Below, in pieces: positions 1 through 11,689 of a stretch of DNA of 64,000 nucleotides. Made by a program: the position numbers and the translations under genes. Origin of the DNA: Octopus vulgaris (taxonomy: Eukaryota); the NCBI GenBank assembly GCA_951406725.2, contig OX597821.1, positions 124,001-188,000 of the forward strand, given 5' to 3'. Numbering within the stretch: position 1 is the first letter of the stretch; the number at the start of each line of letters is the position of its first letter. Under the pieces are notes generated by a model. That model searched no databases, was not told where the DNA came from, and worked only from the letters and a program-made list of their open reading frames with translations.

Positions 1-96
1 GGTAAACAGACACATACATACACACACACACACGTGTGTGTGTGTGTGTGTATGTGTATCCCTGTATGGAGGGATTGTATATTCAATTTACTCAAT

Positions 97-240
97 GAGT
101 TTCCATGCAGTTACTATTTCCCAAATTCTCCTCATAGGGCATTGGTCAACTCAGAGCTGTAGAAGAAGACAAAAAAGCCATGCAATGAGGTCAAGCCTAA
201 AACCTCGTGGTTGCAAAGAAACATTAATCACATGGCCATG
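97..240 (-). mobile_element. Degenerate tRNA-derived SINE head
   Basis: Reverse complement resembles the head of the SINE at 27602 (gtcttct..tagc, aaccac motifs), heavily diverged. Confidence 0.45.
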
Positions 241-699
241 TCTTCACATTTTAACTTTGAAGAGCCAATCCAAACCATGTTGGTTTCAAAAATTCATGTA
301 GCAATTATATTCAGTCTTTTCATTTCATTTCATTTCTTTATTCATCATCCTTGCTTACATCATTCATTCATTGGCCATCATTCGGATGTAGGTTTTATAG
401 CATAACTACACATTCCTGCCCCACCACAGCTCTAAACGTTTATAACAGAAAAAACACTGAATGGAATAATTCCCTGTTTGAACTTTTTTAAATATATATA
501 TGTGTGTGTGTGTGTGTGTGAGGACACTGAGAATAAACCTACCATCATTTTGTGTTTATTTTTCTCTCCGTTTTGACAGGGATCGAAAGTGGTGACATTG
601 CACTGAAAACGGTGTCTTCGGTGCTATTAGAGTCAGTAAAACAGCTATGAAAATGGAGAAAGGTAGAACACGACCGTAATTTCCATTCACCACATATAT

Positions 700-830
700 T
701 TCTTTACTACCCACAAGGGGCTAAACATAGAGGGGACAAACAAGGATAGACAAAGGGATTACACTTTATTTATCGACCCCGAGAGGATGAAAGTCAAAGT
801 CGACCTCAGAACGTAACGACAGACGAAATA
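700..830 (-). mobile_element. SINE fragment
   Basis: Reverse complement contains gtcgactttgactttcatcctctcggggtcgataaa, resembling a conserved central domain of metazoan SINEs. Confidence 0.55.
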
Positions 831-1104
831 TTCACCACTTACCTTATATCGTGGCTAATTAAGTGATGCCAGAAGAGATGGACGATGGGAAGGATAAGTT
901 TTAGTCCGACGTAAACGGAATTTAATCAATTTAATTTAATTAATAAAATGAGAAAAGTTAGATTTAAGTCTTTATTTTCATACGTGTTAATGGATGGGTG
1001 AGTAGAAACGTTGGGGGGGGGGGGCGAGCTCAATCTCCAGCCCGATTACTATTTTTTCATGATTGAGCCAGGTATTGGACTCGTCCATCATTCCAGGGAG
1101 AAAC

Positions 1105-2316
1105 ACTAGAAGTAGTCGATACCTAGAGGACCAAATCAGTAGCGGAGGTGGGTGCGCTGAAAGTGTAGCTGCTAGAATAAGAAGAGCTTGGGCCAAGTTC
1201 AGAGAGCTCTTACCTCTGCTGGTGACAAAGGGCCTCTCGCTGAGAGTAAAAGGTAGACTGTATGACGCTTGTGTACGAACAGCCGTGCTACATGGCAGTG
1301 AAACATGGGCTGTGACTGCTAACGACATGCGTAAGGTCGCAAGGAATGAAGCCAGTATGCTCTGATGGATGTGTAATGTCAGTGTGCATACTCGATTGAG
1401 TGTAAGTACCTTGAGAGAAAAGTTGGACCTAAGAAGCATCAGATGTGGTGTGCGAGAGAGACGACTGCACTGGAATGGTCATGTGGCGAGAATGGATGAG
1501 GACGGCTGTGTGAAAAAGTTCCACACCCTTGCGGTTGAGGGAACCTGTGGAAGAGGTAGACCCAGGAAGACCTGGGATGAAGTGGTGAAGCACAACCTTC
1601 GAACTTTAGGCCTCACCAAGGAAATGACTAGTGACCGAGACTTTTGGAAATATGCTGTGCTTGAGAAGACTCGACAAGCCAAATGAAACCATAATCTCAT
1701 GGCCTATGCCAGGGGCGTAACCAGCCCACTTATGGTCACTAAAACTCTGCTTGCGAAGATCTGTTGAGGCAAGTGAAATCAAATCAATCAAAATCAAAAT
1801 CAAATTCAATGACTGGCGTCCATTGGCAGGGTGCAAAGAGCACCATATGAGTGTGATCATTGACAGAGCGGCTACCGGCTTCCGTGCCAGTGGCATTTAA
1901 AGGGCACCATTCGAGCGTGATCATTACCAGCACTTGTGCCTGTGCTAGTAGGGTGCTAAGAGCACCATCCGAGTGTGATCGTTGCCAGAGCAGCCAACTG
2001 GCTTCCATGCCAGTGGCACGTAAACGGGCACCATTCGAGCGTGATCTTTACCAATGTCGTCTTACTGGCACCTGTGCTGGTGGCATGTGTAAAAGGATTC
2101 GAGCGAGGTCGTTGCCAGTACCATCTGACTGGCCCCCGTGTCGGTGGTACGTAAAAAGCACCCGCTACACTCTCGGAGTGGTTGGCGTTAGGAAGGGCAT
2201 CCAGCTGTAGAAATTGGAGACTGGTGCAACCATCTGGTTCGCCAGCCCTCAGTCAAAAATCGTCCAACCCATGCTAGCATGGAAAGCGAACGTTAAACGA
2301 TGATGATGATGATGAT
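1105..2316 (+). mobile_element. 5'-truncated RTE-clade LINE (RT C-terminus, 3' UTR, (GAT)n tail)
   Basis: ORFs with RIRRAWAKF, LHGSETW, RERRLHWNGHVARM, RGRPRKTW; premature stop at 1363; ends in catgctagcatggaaagc..(gat)n. Confidence 0.93.
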
Positions 2317-3269
2317 GTGTGTATGTTCTTGATAATCGTTTAGAACAAGTAGTTATACGCCAATTACACTACTTTTTCCGATTACACTACTTTTTCCGGC
2401 CCGGGTCAAACAGTATAGTTTAAAGGCCATGGACTGAAGATGTGAATTTTAAGAGGCCTCTCCCCCCCTTTCGCGAGCGCGCATTTTCTTGTCATATTCG
2501 TTTAAAGCAAGTTGTTTTACACCTTATACACTGTTTTATTTTTTGTTTCTATGACCGGGTCAAACGCTTTAGTTTGACCTTAAGCCAATGGACCATTAGC
2601 TGGTATTTTTAGCATAACGAGTTTCCTGGTGACAGCTTCATTGCCTGCGGCTACAGTCGAAATCTACGGATGCACAAACGCACAGAACGAAGAAAATAAA
2701 ACAAACACTGACGACTTGTTCCGAAACACCCCCGAGTGGGGAACGGTTCACAAAAGTAATCCCCAATTATTTCCCCCCCCCCCCCCCCAAATTTCCTATG
2801 TTCTCCGAAGCTACATAGTCCGAGGTATATTTATAGAAAATTTCATTAAAAAATATCTATTTTCTTGATAGTTAAGACGAATTGAAGTGGACGCCGGTGA
2901 ATTTTCCGAATTACCCGGCTCCAGCCCCTCCTAAAACACTCCCCCCCCCCCATAAGTTTTGTATATTCGGAATCTACATGATATAACACATACTCGTAGA
3001 AAATTTCATTAAAACATATCCAATTTTCTGAAAGTTATGATCATCCAAAGTCGGGGAGGTGGGGCAGGAATGTGTAGTTATGCCGATTAAATTATTATGT
3101 ACATCATAATCTGACAATGAAGTTTTTGCATTTTTTTACAGCCGGTCTGTTTGTGTAACACTACTTTTATATGTTTCCTATTTGGAAATAGATAATAGAT
3201 ATATTTTACTTTCGAAGAAGGAATCTATAATGCCAACACTACAAGGTCTGAACAAGGGAAGATAATAAA

Positions 3270-3430
3270 CGAATGATTCTTTTTCTATTGTCTCCCTTTG
3301 TTCGACATAACGTAGCATCTTTTGGTAGAATCTATGGCAGTGTTCATGAGTTATTTCATCGAACTTTTCAGATATCAATTGGTGGGCTCTACTGGACGAG
3401 TTAGATAAGATAGAAATGTATTCCCTTACG
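3270..3430 (-). mobile_element. Possible Tc1/mariner-superfamily transposase C-terminal remnant
   Basis: Peptide ISEKFDEITHEHCHRFYQKMLRY resembles the C-terminal helix of IS630/Tc1-type transposases; no catalytic motif seen. Confidence 0.3.
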
Positions 3431-3544
3431 GCTGATGTAGTTTAACTCTTTTGCTTTTCAAGGCTTGAGCACCAATTAAAAAATTCAAATTTGATGGCAA
3501 AGAGTCCAAATTAGATCGAAAACATCTATATATATATGTATGTA

Positions 3545-3742
3545 TATATCTATGTGTCTGTGTTTGTTCCGTACCGCCAGTTGACAACCAGTGTTGGTGT
3601 GTTTACATTCCCCATAACTTTGAGGTTTGGTGCAATAGAATAAGTACCAGACCTTAAAAAAAATTGTTCGACTAAAACCCTTCTTCAAGGCTGTGCCCCA
3701 GCATAGCTGCAGTCAAAGGACTAAGGTAAAAGATAAAAGATA
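3545..3742 (+). mobile_element. SINE 3' half (same family as 27602-28002)
   Basis: Shares ttgacaacc..ggtgtgtttac..ccataactt..atagaataagtac..ccagcat..gcagtcaaa blocks. Confidence 0.7.
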
Positions 3743-3759
3743 TATATATAGGAATTGAA

Positions 3760-4102
3760 ACTCATTTCTGGTGCAGTTTTGCCTTCAGAGTGTTGAGTGA
3801 AGTATGAGGAATGCGTCCAGATATCCTCCTTCAGCACTCAATGCATCAATGTCCAGCTTGTTTTTGCTCTGACAGCCAGTTTTCTGATAAAACAATGAGG
3901 ACTTCATTGTATCATTTCTCTGGTATTTTTGATAAACTGAGGGATTGACACATTTCTTTTTTGGCCATGTCCAGGTTTATCAACAATCGAACCAGTCTCT
4001 TAAAATTTCTTGACAATTTTCCAGACTATTGTTGAGTTAATTTTAAGCTTTTTTTCACCTCCTTTGTAGAGGGTTATGATTGTATTTCAGTCTATAGCCA
4101 TT
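3760..4102 (-). mobile_element. Tc1/mariner transposase N-terminal (HTH) pseudogene fragment
   Basis: Reverse strand reads M-A-I-D then IVWKIVKKF*ETGSIVDKPGHGQKR, typical of the Tc1/mariner HTH and GRPR-like linker. Confidence 0.55.
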
Positions 4103-4246
4103 ATCTAATTCATAAATCTGAATTTATTAAGTCTGAAAGAAGAAGCAGACACACTAAACTTTTATAATGATGTATGAATTTTATATCTTATCATGTTTAT
4201 TGATAGTTGTTAAATCCTGAAACTTTGGTTGCCTTACTTTTGATGC

Positions 4247-7200
4247 ACGTTTAACGTCCATTTTCTATGCTAGCATGGGTTGGACGGTTTGACCAGGGTC
4301 TGGGAAGTCAGGAGGCTGCACCAGGCCCCAATCTGATCTGGCAGTGTTTCTACAGCTGGATGCCCTTCCTGACGCCAACCACTCCATGAGTGTAGTGGGT
4401 GCTTTTTACGTGCCACCGGCACAGGAACTAGATAAAGCTGGTAAACGTCCACGATCGGTTGGTGCTCTTACGTGTCACCGACACAGACGCCAATCAGGCG
4501 GTGCTGGCAACTACCACGTTCGGATGGTGCTTTTAATGTGTCACCGGCACGGGTATCTTATGTACAATTTCCATTTGATTTTCATTTTGATGTTGGTGTT
4601 AACGTACCTGATTCAATAGGTCTCCTCAAGAACAGCGGGTCACTCTACGATCCAAGATTAGCACAGCAGGCCATCCTGCGAGCCATGGACTCACTTCATT
4701 TGTCGGGTCTTCAAAGTCACAGCATATCTCCAGAGGTCTCAGTCTTTCGTCATAGCCTCTGTGAGGCTCAATGTACGAAGGTCATGCTTGACCACCTCGT
4801 CCCATGTCTTCCTGGGTCTACTTCTAACCCGGATTCCTTCAACAGTTTGGGAGTGGCACTTCTTCACACATCTCTCCTCATCCATCCGTTGTACATGACC
4901 ATACCAACGCAAACGTCTCTCCTGCACACTACATCCGATGCTTCTTATGCCCGACATTTCTCTCAGGGCGCTTACACTCTGTTGTGCATGGACACTGACA
5001 TTGCACATCCAGCAGATCATGCTAGCTTGATTTCTTTCAAGCCTACACATGTTTTCTGCAGTCACAGCCCATGTTTCACTACCGTGAAGCATGGCAGTTC
5101 GCACACATGTATCATACAATCTACCTTTCACTCTGAGCGAGAGACCCTTTGTCACCAGTAGGGGATGAAGCTTCCTAAACTTTGCCCAGGCTATTCTTAT
5201 TCTAGTGGTGACACTCTCTGAGCATCCACCTCCACTACTAACTTGGTCACCTAGGTAGCAGAAACTATCAACTACTTCTAGTTTCTCCCCAAGGAGTGTA
5301 ATGGAATCTGTTCTCTGAGAATCAATGGTGTCTATTGCCCCGGTGCATCTGCTGCACATGAAAGCTATTTTCTTGGTTAATTTTCCTTTGATATTGCTGC
5401 ACCTCTTATGTGTCCATCGCTTACACTGGATACATCTTATGGAGTTTCTACCTACACCTTTTCTACAGATCGAGCAGGGCCACCTACCTGAAAGGGTGTG
5501 TGGTGAGTTCGCCTTCCTACTTACTAGAACTTTGGTCTTTGCTACATTGACTCTAAAGCCTTTTGATTCTAAACCTAGCTTCCACACACGAAATTTCTTC
5601 TCTAGTTCCAGTAGTGATTCTGCTATGAGGGCCAGGTCATCAGCATAGAGGAGCTCCCAGGGGCAACCCGTCTTCAATTCCTCTGTTATTGCCTGGAGGA
5701 CTATGATGAATAGAAGGGGGATGAGGGCTGAGCCTTGCTGGATGCCAACTTCTACTCGGAATTCTTTACTGTACTCATTGCCTATCCTAACCTTACTAAC
5801 AGCCTCTCTGTAAAGGGCCTGTACAGCCCTTATTAACCATTCGTCAATCTCCAGTTTCCACATCGCCCACAGATAAGGGATCGGGGGACCCTATCAAAGG
5901 CTTTCTCCAAGTCCACAAAAGCTAAGTATAGGGGTTTATCTTTGGCTAGGTATTTCTCCTGCAGTTGTCGAACCAGGAATATGGCATCAGTGGTGCTTCT
6001 GCCAGGCACAAAACCAAACTGCATCTCATCTAGGCTAACTCTCTCCCTAATTAGTTGGGCTATGACCCTCTCCGTCACCTTCATTACCTGATCCAGCAGT
6101 TTGATACCCCTGTAATTGTTTCTATCTAGAGCATCACCTTTACCCTGGTAGCAGTTGACTATGGTGCTGCTATGCCAGTCATTGGGTATGACTCCATTAT
6201 GGACTACTTGGTTTACAATGCGGGTGACTAGGCCGTAGCCCACACTACCAGATGTTTTAAGCATCTCAGCAGTGATTCCTGATGGACCGGGGGCTTTTCC
6301 TGGTTTCATACCCTTAATTGCCTTAACTACTAGGGATTTATCTATACGGATAGCTGGTCCCTCTCCTCCTCCCATTCATTCTCCACATTCAGCAGATTTT
6401 TATAGTGGCTTCTCCAAGCCTCTTTCTTTTCAGAATCACTAAAAGCAAGTGCCTCATCATCCATTCGAATACATTTCTCTCCTATGACATCACAATTTTC
6501 TCTCACACACTGTCTTGCAATCCGAAATACCTCAGTTCTTTGGTCCTCACGTCTCTGGACATTGGCAAACTTCTTCTTTTCCACTTCGCTCTTGGCTATG
6601 TATACCTGCCGCCCAGCCTCCCTTTTCGCTACCTGGTACTGTTCCCTGCTACCCCCATCCTTCCAGGCTTTCCAGGCCTGTTTCTTTGCCCGAACGGCCT
6701 TGTCTACCGTACTATTCCACCACCATATAACTCTAGGTCTGGAAGGGACTTTGCACCAGCCACAGACCAAGTCTGTGGCTGGAGCAAAGCTGTCCTGTAG
6801 GAATTTCCAGCTACCTTTTATGTCCGATGTCTGTAGCTCCTCCTCCCTCTCCTTAAATTTCTTGATGAGGATGTCCCTAAATCTCTGACCATGTGAAGGG
6901 TTCTTTAGCTTCCAAATCCTTCTTTTTTGGATTGGTTTGCTTCTTGGTATCCTTCTGGCCTCGAGGCTAAAGTCACAAATGACTAGTCTATGCTGGGGGG
7001 TACATTCTTCACCCGGGAGGGTCTTTGTATTTAAGAGCAACCCTGAGTCCCGCTGTCTAGTGAGGATGAAATCAATCTGGCTAGCAGAGTCCCCTGAATG
7101 ATAGGTTATCAGGTGGCTGTCTGGCTTCCTGAAGTTAGTGTTGCAGATTAGAAGGTTACATGCATCACAGAATTCCAGTAGCCTAGTTCCCTTATCTTTC

Positions 7201-7348
7201 GGGTGCCAATACCATGGCCACTGTGTACCCCAGTGAAGATATCTGCTTCCTGTCCGACATGCCCATTAAAGTCTCCATCCACAAAGATGAGGTCATTGCC
7301 ACTCGTCTTCGAGGTAGCCTGTAGAAGGGTGTCATAAAAGTGGTCCTT

Positions 7349-7351
<3 letters not shown>
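4247..7351 (-). mobile_element. RTE LINE, frameshifted (APE endonuclease part, RT, 3' UTR)
   Basis: GDFNGHVG (EN), KAPGPSGI, NYRGIKLL, QFGFVPGRSTTDAIF, FVDLEKAFDRV, LLYADD; split over ORFs 6342-7040, 5833-6375 and 4739-5863. Confidence 0.95.
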
Positions 7352-7379
<28 letters not shown>

Positions 7380-7539
7380 GTACATACATATAATAATACA
7401 TAAAACGATATATACATATTGGCACATATTTGTTGGATGGCCTGGGACTATTCATGAGTTCCCTTGCCCTTTGACAGGTTTTATTTTTCATCCCACAGGG
7501 TGTCCAACAATCACCCTCCTCACCAAACAAGCCTGGTGG

Positions 7540-9550
7540 GGTTGCCAGTTTAGTTAACCAGGTGATGCACGAAGGAGTCATACCCAATGACTGGTGTAGC
7601 AGCATACTAGTCAACTGCTACAAAGGTAAGGGTGACGCTTTAGATACAAATAATTACAGAGGTATCAAACTGTTGGATCAGGTAATGAAGGTTACGGAGA
7701 GGGTCAGAGCCCAACTGATTAGGGAGAGAGTCAGCTTGGATGAGATGTAGTTTGGTTTCGTGCCAGGAAAAAGCACCACTGATGCCATATTTCTGGTAAG
7801 GCAGCTGCAGGAGAAATACCTAGCCAAGGATAAGCCCCTGTACCTGGCTTTCGTTGACATGGAGAAAGTCTTTGACAGGGTCCCCCGATCCCTTATCTGG
7901 TGGTCAATGAGGAAACTAGGGATAGATGAATGGTTAGTGAGAGCTGTGCAAACCATGTACAGAGACGCTGTAAGTAAGGTGAGGGTTAGCAACGAGTACA
8001 CTAAAGAATTCAAAGTAGAGGTAGGGGTCCACCAAGGTTTAGTCCTCATCCCCCTCCTATTTATCATAGTCCTCCAGGCAATAATGGAGGAATTCAAGAC
8101 AGGATGCCCCTGGGAGCTCCTATACGCTGACGACCTTGCTCTAATTGCTGAGTCACTATCAGAACTAGAGGCAAAGTTTCAAGTGTGGAGACAAGGATTA
8201 GAATCGAAGGGCCTTAAAAATCAATCTAGCTAAAACCAAAGTCTTAATATGTAGGAAGGCAGGCAAATCATAAACGCCTTCAGGTAGATGGCCCTGCTCT
8301 ATCTGTAGAAAAGGCGTAGGTAGAAACTCTATAAGATGCACCAAGTGTAAGCGATGGACACATAAGAGGTGCAGCAATGTCAAAGGAAGGTTAACTAGGA
8401 AAATAGTTTTTGTATGTGGCAGATGCTCAGGAGCAATAAAAACTGAAAATGCTCAGAGACCAACTTCCGCTACATTCAGGGAGAAAAACTAGAAGTAGTT
8501 GATAGCTTCCGTTACCTAGGCGACCAAGTCAGGTGGGTGTGCTGAAAGTGTAACTGCTAGAGTAAGAATAGCCTGGGCAAAGTTCAGAGAGCTCTTACCT
8601 CTGCTGGTGACAAAAGGCCTCTTGCACAGAGTAAAAGGTAGACTGTATGACGCATGTGTACGCACGGCCATGCTACATGGCAGTGAAACATGGACCGTGA
8701 CTGCTGAGGATATGTGTAAGCTTGCAAGAAATGAAGCCAGTATGCTCCGATGGATGTGTAATGTCAGTGTTCATACTCGACAGAGTGTAAGTACCTTGAG
8801 AGAAAAGTTGGACCTAAGAAGCATCAGTCGTGGTGTGCAAGAGAGACGTTTGCGCTGGTATGGTCATGTGGCGAGAATGGATGAAGATAGTTGTGTGAAA
8901 AAGTGCCACACCCTGGCGGTTGAGGGAACCTATGGAGGTAGACCCAGGAAAACCTGGGACGAGGTTGTGAAGAACGACCTTCGAACTTTAGGTCTCACCG
9001 AGGAAATGACTAGAGACCGAGACCTTTGGAAGTATGCTGTGCGTGGAAAGACCCGGCTGGACAAGTGAGACCATAACCCATGGCCTCTACCTGGGACGCA
9101 GCCAGCCCACTTATGCATACCTTTCCTTCTTGTGACACAAACTCTACTTGCGAAGACCTGTTGAGGCAAGTGAAAATCAAAATCAAAATCAAAATCTTTC
9201 AACATCAATGGAAATTGTAGCTGAGATACCAGTGCCGGTGGCACGTAAGAGAACCGTCCGAACGTGGCTGTTGCCACCGCCGCCCCAACTGGCCTCTGTG
9301 CCTGTGGCACGAAAAAACACCATCTGATCGTGGCCGTTTGCCAGCCTCGTCTGGCACCTGTGCAGGTGGCACATAAAAAGCACCCACTACATTCTCGGAG
9401 TGGTTGGCATTAGGAAGGGCATCCAGCTGTAGAAACACTGCCAGATCAGACTGGGCCTGGCGCAGCCTCCTGGCTTCCCAGACCCCAGTTGAGCCGTCCA
9501 ACCCATGCTATCATGAAAAACGAACGTTAAACGATGATGATGATGATGAT
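7540..9550 (+). mobile_element. 5'-truncated RTE LINE, degenerate
   Basis: NYRGIKLL, STTDAIF, YADD, LHGSETW, RPRKTW; stops and frameshifts; (gat)n tail at 9533-9550. Confidence 0.95.
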
Positions 9551-9700
9551 CTATGTGTGTGTTTTTGTGATAATGGTGTAATTGAGACCCAAAGGTGTCA
9601 GGTAATGCCGAATAAGTGCTATAGACAGACCATACTTAAGTTCCAGATTCGGTGATTTTGCGAATAAAGGGTTCAACGTTGGTTCTATGTCAGCATGTGT

Positions 9701-10000
9701 ATATAAGAATTTTTTGCACAATAAAATAAAAAACCCAAGGCTGTATAGATATTAGAGCATTTATAGATAGAAGGTCTTACAGCTGTTTCTAGGATATTAA
9801 TTAATAATATCCCTTCATTGGAGACGGTGTGTTTTGCCAAACGGCTAAGTTATGGGGGCATAAACACAGGGGACATATCGCCAATGAAGGGATATTATTA
9901 ATTAATATCCTAGAAACAGCTGTAAGACCTTCTATCTATAAATGCTTTAATATCTATACAGCCTTGGGTTTTTTTATCTTATTACGCAAATAATTCTTAT
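9701..10000. repeat. About 120-bp inverted repeat of a Penelope pLTR-like end, with a SINE-derived spacer
   Basis: Arms about 9701-9821 and 9880-10000 are near-perfect reverse complements; each carries a hammerhead-like motif; flanked by TA repeats. Confidence 0.85.
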
Positions 10001-10013
10001 ATATATATATATG

Positions 10014-10044
<31 letters not shown>

Positions 10045-10084
10045 GTATATATTATATATGTCTATATATATATATAGGTATGTG

Positions 10085-10292
10085 TGTATGTGTGTGTCTG
10101 TCTGTCCCTCCACCATCTTTAGACAGTCGATGCTGCTGTGTTAACGTCCCCGTAACTTAGCTGTTTGGCAAAACACTCCGATAGAGTATGTACTAGGCTT
10201 ACAAAGAATAAATCCTGGGGTTGATTTCTTTGACTAAAGGTGGTGCTCCAGCAGGGCTGCAGTCACATGACCAAAACAAGTAAGGCAATAAA
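10085..10292 (+). mobile_element. SINE 3' half (family of 27602-28002)
   Basis: gtccccgtaacttagc..tactaggcttacaaagaataa..cctgggg..tttgactaaag..ccagca..gcagtc. Confidence 0.75.
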
Positions 10293-10602
10293 AAACTATG
10301 CCACTTTAATCCTGATCTCAGCTAGTTGTTATAGAAGTTCTCTCAGCTTTATAAACAACTTAGGTAAATATTTATCCCCTCATTCATGATACTTTGCTTC
10401 ATTGTAATTTACTTTTCAACCTCTATTTATTTACTCATTACTACCCTAACTCGATTCACATATTATCCATTACCCACTAAAACAATCTAGAACCCCCTAA
10501 CCCAGGTATATACCAATATTAGCAGTAAAATAATACTCAGTCTGCTGTAATGATTCAAAAATACAACACATAAAAAAACCTAATGGTATATCTGTCTTCT
10601 AC

Positions 10603-10685
10603 CCCTCTGAAGAGATTTTGCCCAAAATAATGATTTTAATAATCGCTATTTAATCTTTTAGGCTTAATTGAAACAACTGTAAGGG
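10603..10685 (+). ncRNA. Minimal type I hammerhead ribozyme-like motif
   Basis: ccct-CTGAAGA-gatt...aatt-GAAA-caactg-TA-aggg; stem I ccct/aggg. Confidence 0.55.
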
Positions 10686-10759
10686 ACTATGCTTGATTTT
10701 TGCAGATAATAAATTTTTATTAAATGCTATATCTCCATTTTCTTAATTTCTTTTGAATG

Positions 10760-10803
<44 letters not shown>

Positions 10804-11100
10804 ACAAATAAGAGCAAAAGAAAAATTCTAATGCCAAATATGCCAAAAAAAAATTGTCAATAACCATTATAAGTTATGCGTCTCGAAATAAACTGATAGA
10901 AATCTCTAAAAATTTGTTATTACCGTATTGGTCCAATTTTGGGGTTAATTCATAAGAAATTTTCCCCTCTTCAGTGGCAAACACGCAAGATATAAGTGAA
11001 ATACTTACTCATACCCATGGAAAAAGCAAGCACTAAGTCCTGAGCAGAACTAAGTACCCCAAATATATCCAATTCAATTTATAACTAATGTTTGCTGTGT

Positions 11101-11161
11101 TTGCCGCTGAAGAGGGGAAAATTTCTTATGAATTAACCCTGAAATTGGACCAATACGGTAA
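11101..11161 (+). ncRNA. Type I hammerhead ribozyme (complete core)
   Basis: ttgccg-CTGAAGA-gggg..ccct-GAAA-ttggaccaa-TA-cggtaa; all three stems form; NUH = ATA; predicted cut after 11155. Confidence 0.8.
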
Positions 11162-11569
11162 TAACAAATTTTTTAGAGATTTCTATCGGTTTGTTTTGAG
11201 ACGCATAAATTATAATGGTTATCGACAATTTTTGGTTTCGGCATATTTGGCATTAGAATTTTGCCCTTTTCTTGTAAATTATGTATAAATTTAACCTTTA
11301 AAGGTATTTTTTGATATGCTGGCCATTGATAAAATTTTTTTCCCGAAAAAAAATTTTTTTATCCTACATTAGTTATAAATTGAATTGTGTTCATTTCCGG
11401 ATTCTGTCACTCTGTGAAAATTTCTAGTTCGAATCACACGTGTCTCGAGATGTGCCAAAGATTTTTCTATTTTTCTATCTTGGATATATTTGGGGTACTT
11501 AAGTCTGCTCAGGAGAGTGCTTACTTTTTCCATGGGTATGAGTAAGTATTTCACTTATATCTCGCGTGT

Positions 11570-11630
11570 TTGCCGCTGAAGAGGGGAAAATTTCTTATGA
11601 ATTAACCCCGAAATTGGACCAATACGGTAA
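11570..11630 (+). ncRNA. Type I hammerhead ribozyme (complete core)
   Basis: ttgccg-CTGAAGA-gggg..cccc-GAAA-ttggaccaa-TA-cggtaa; predicted cut after 11624. Confidence 0.83.
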
Positions 11631-11689
11631 TAACGAATTTTTTAGAGATTTCTATCGGTTTGTTTCGAGACGCATAAATTATAATGGTT

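Noticed and set aside
2340-3170. Region with short internal direct repeats (ccgggtcaaac; tagaaaatttcattaaaa) and poly-C runs
   Set aside because: Probably a non-autonomous DNA element, but no termini or TSD could be defined.
4472-5161. Antisense ORFs overlapping RTE copies (also 6405-6888, 50499-50858, 51197-51730)
   Set aside because: Shadow frames of the LINE coding strand with no recognisable motifs and inconsistent boundaries among copies.
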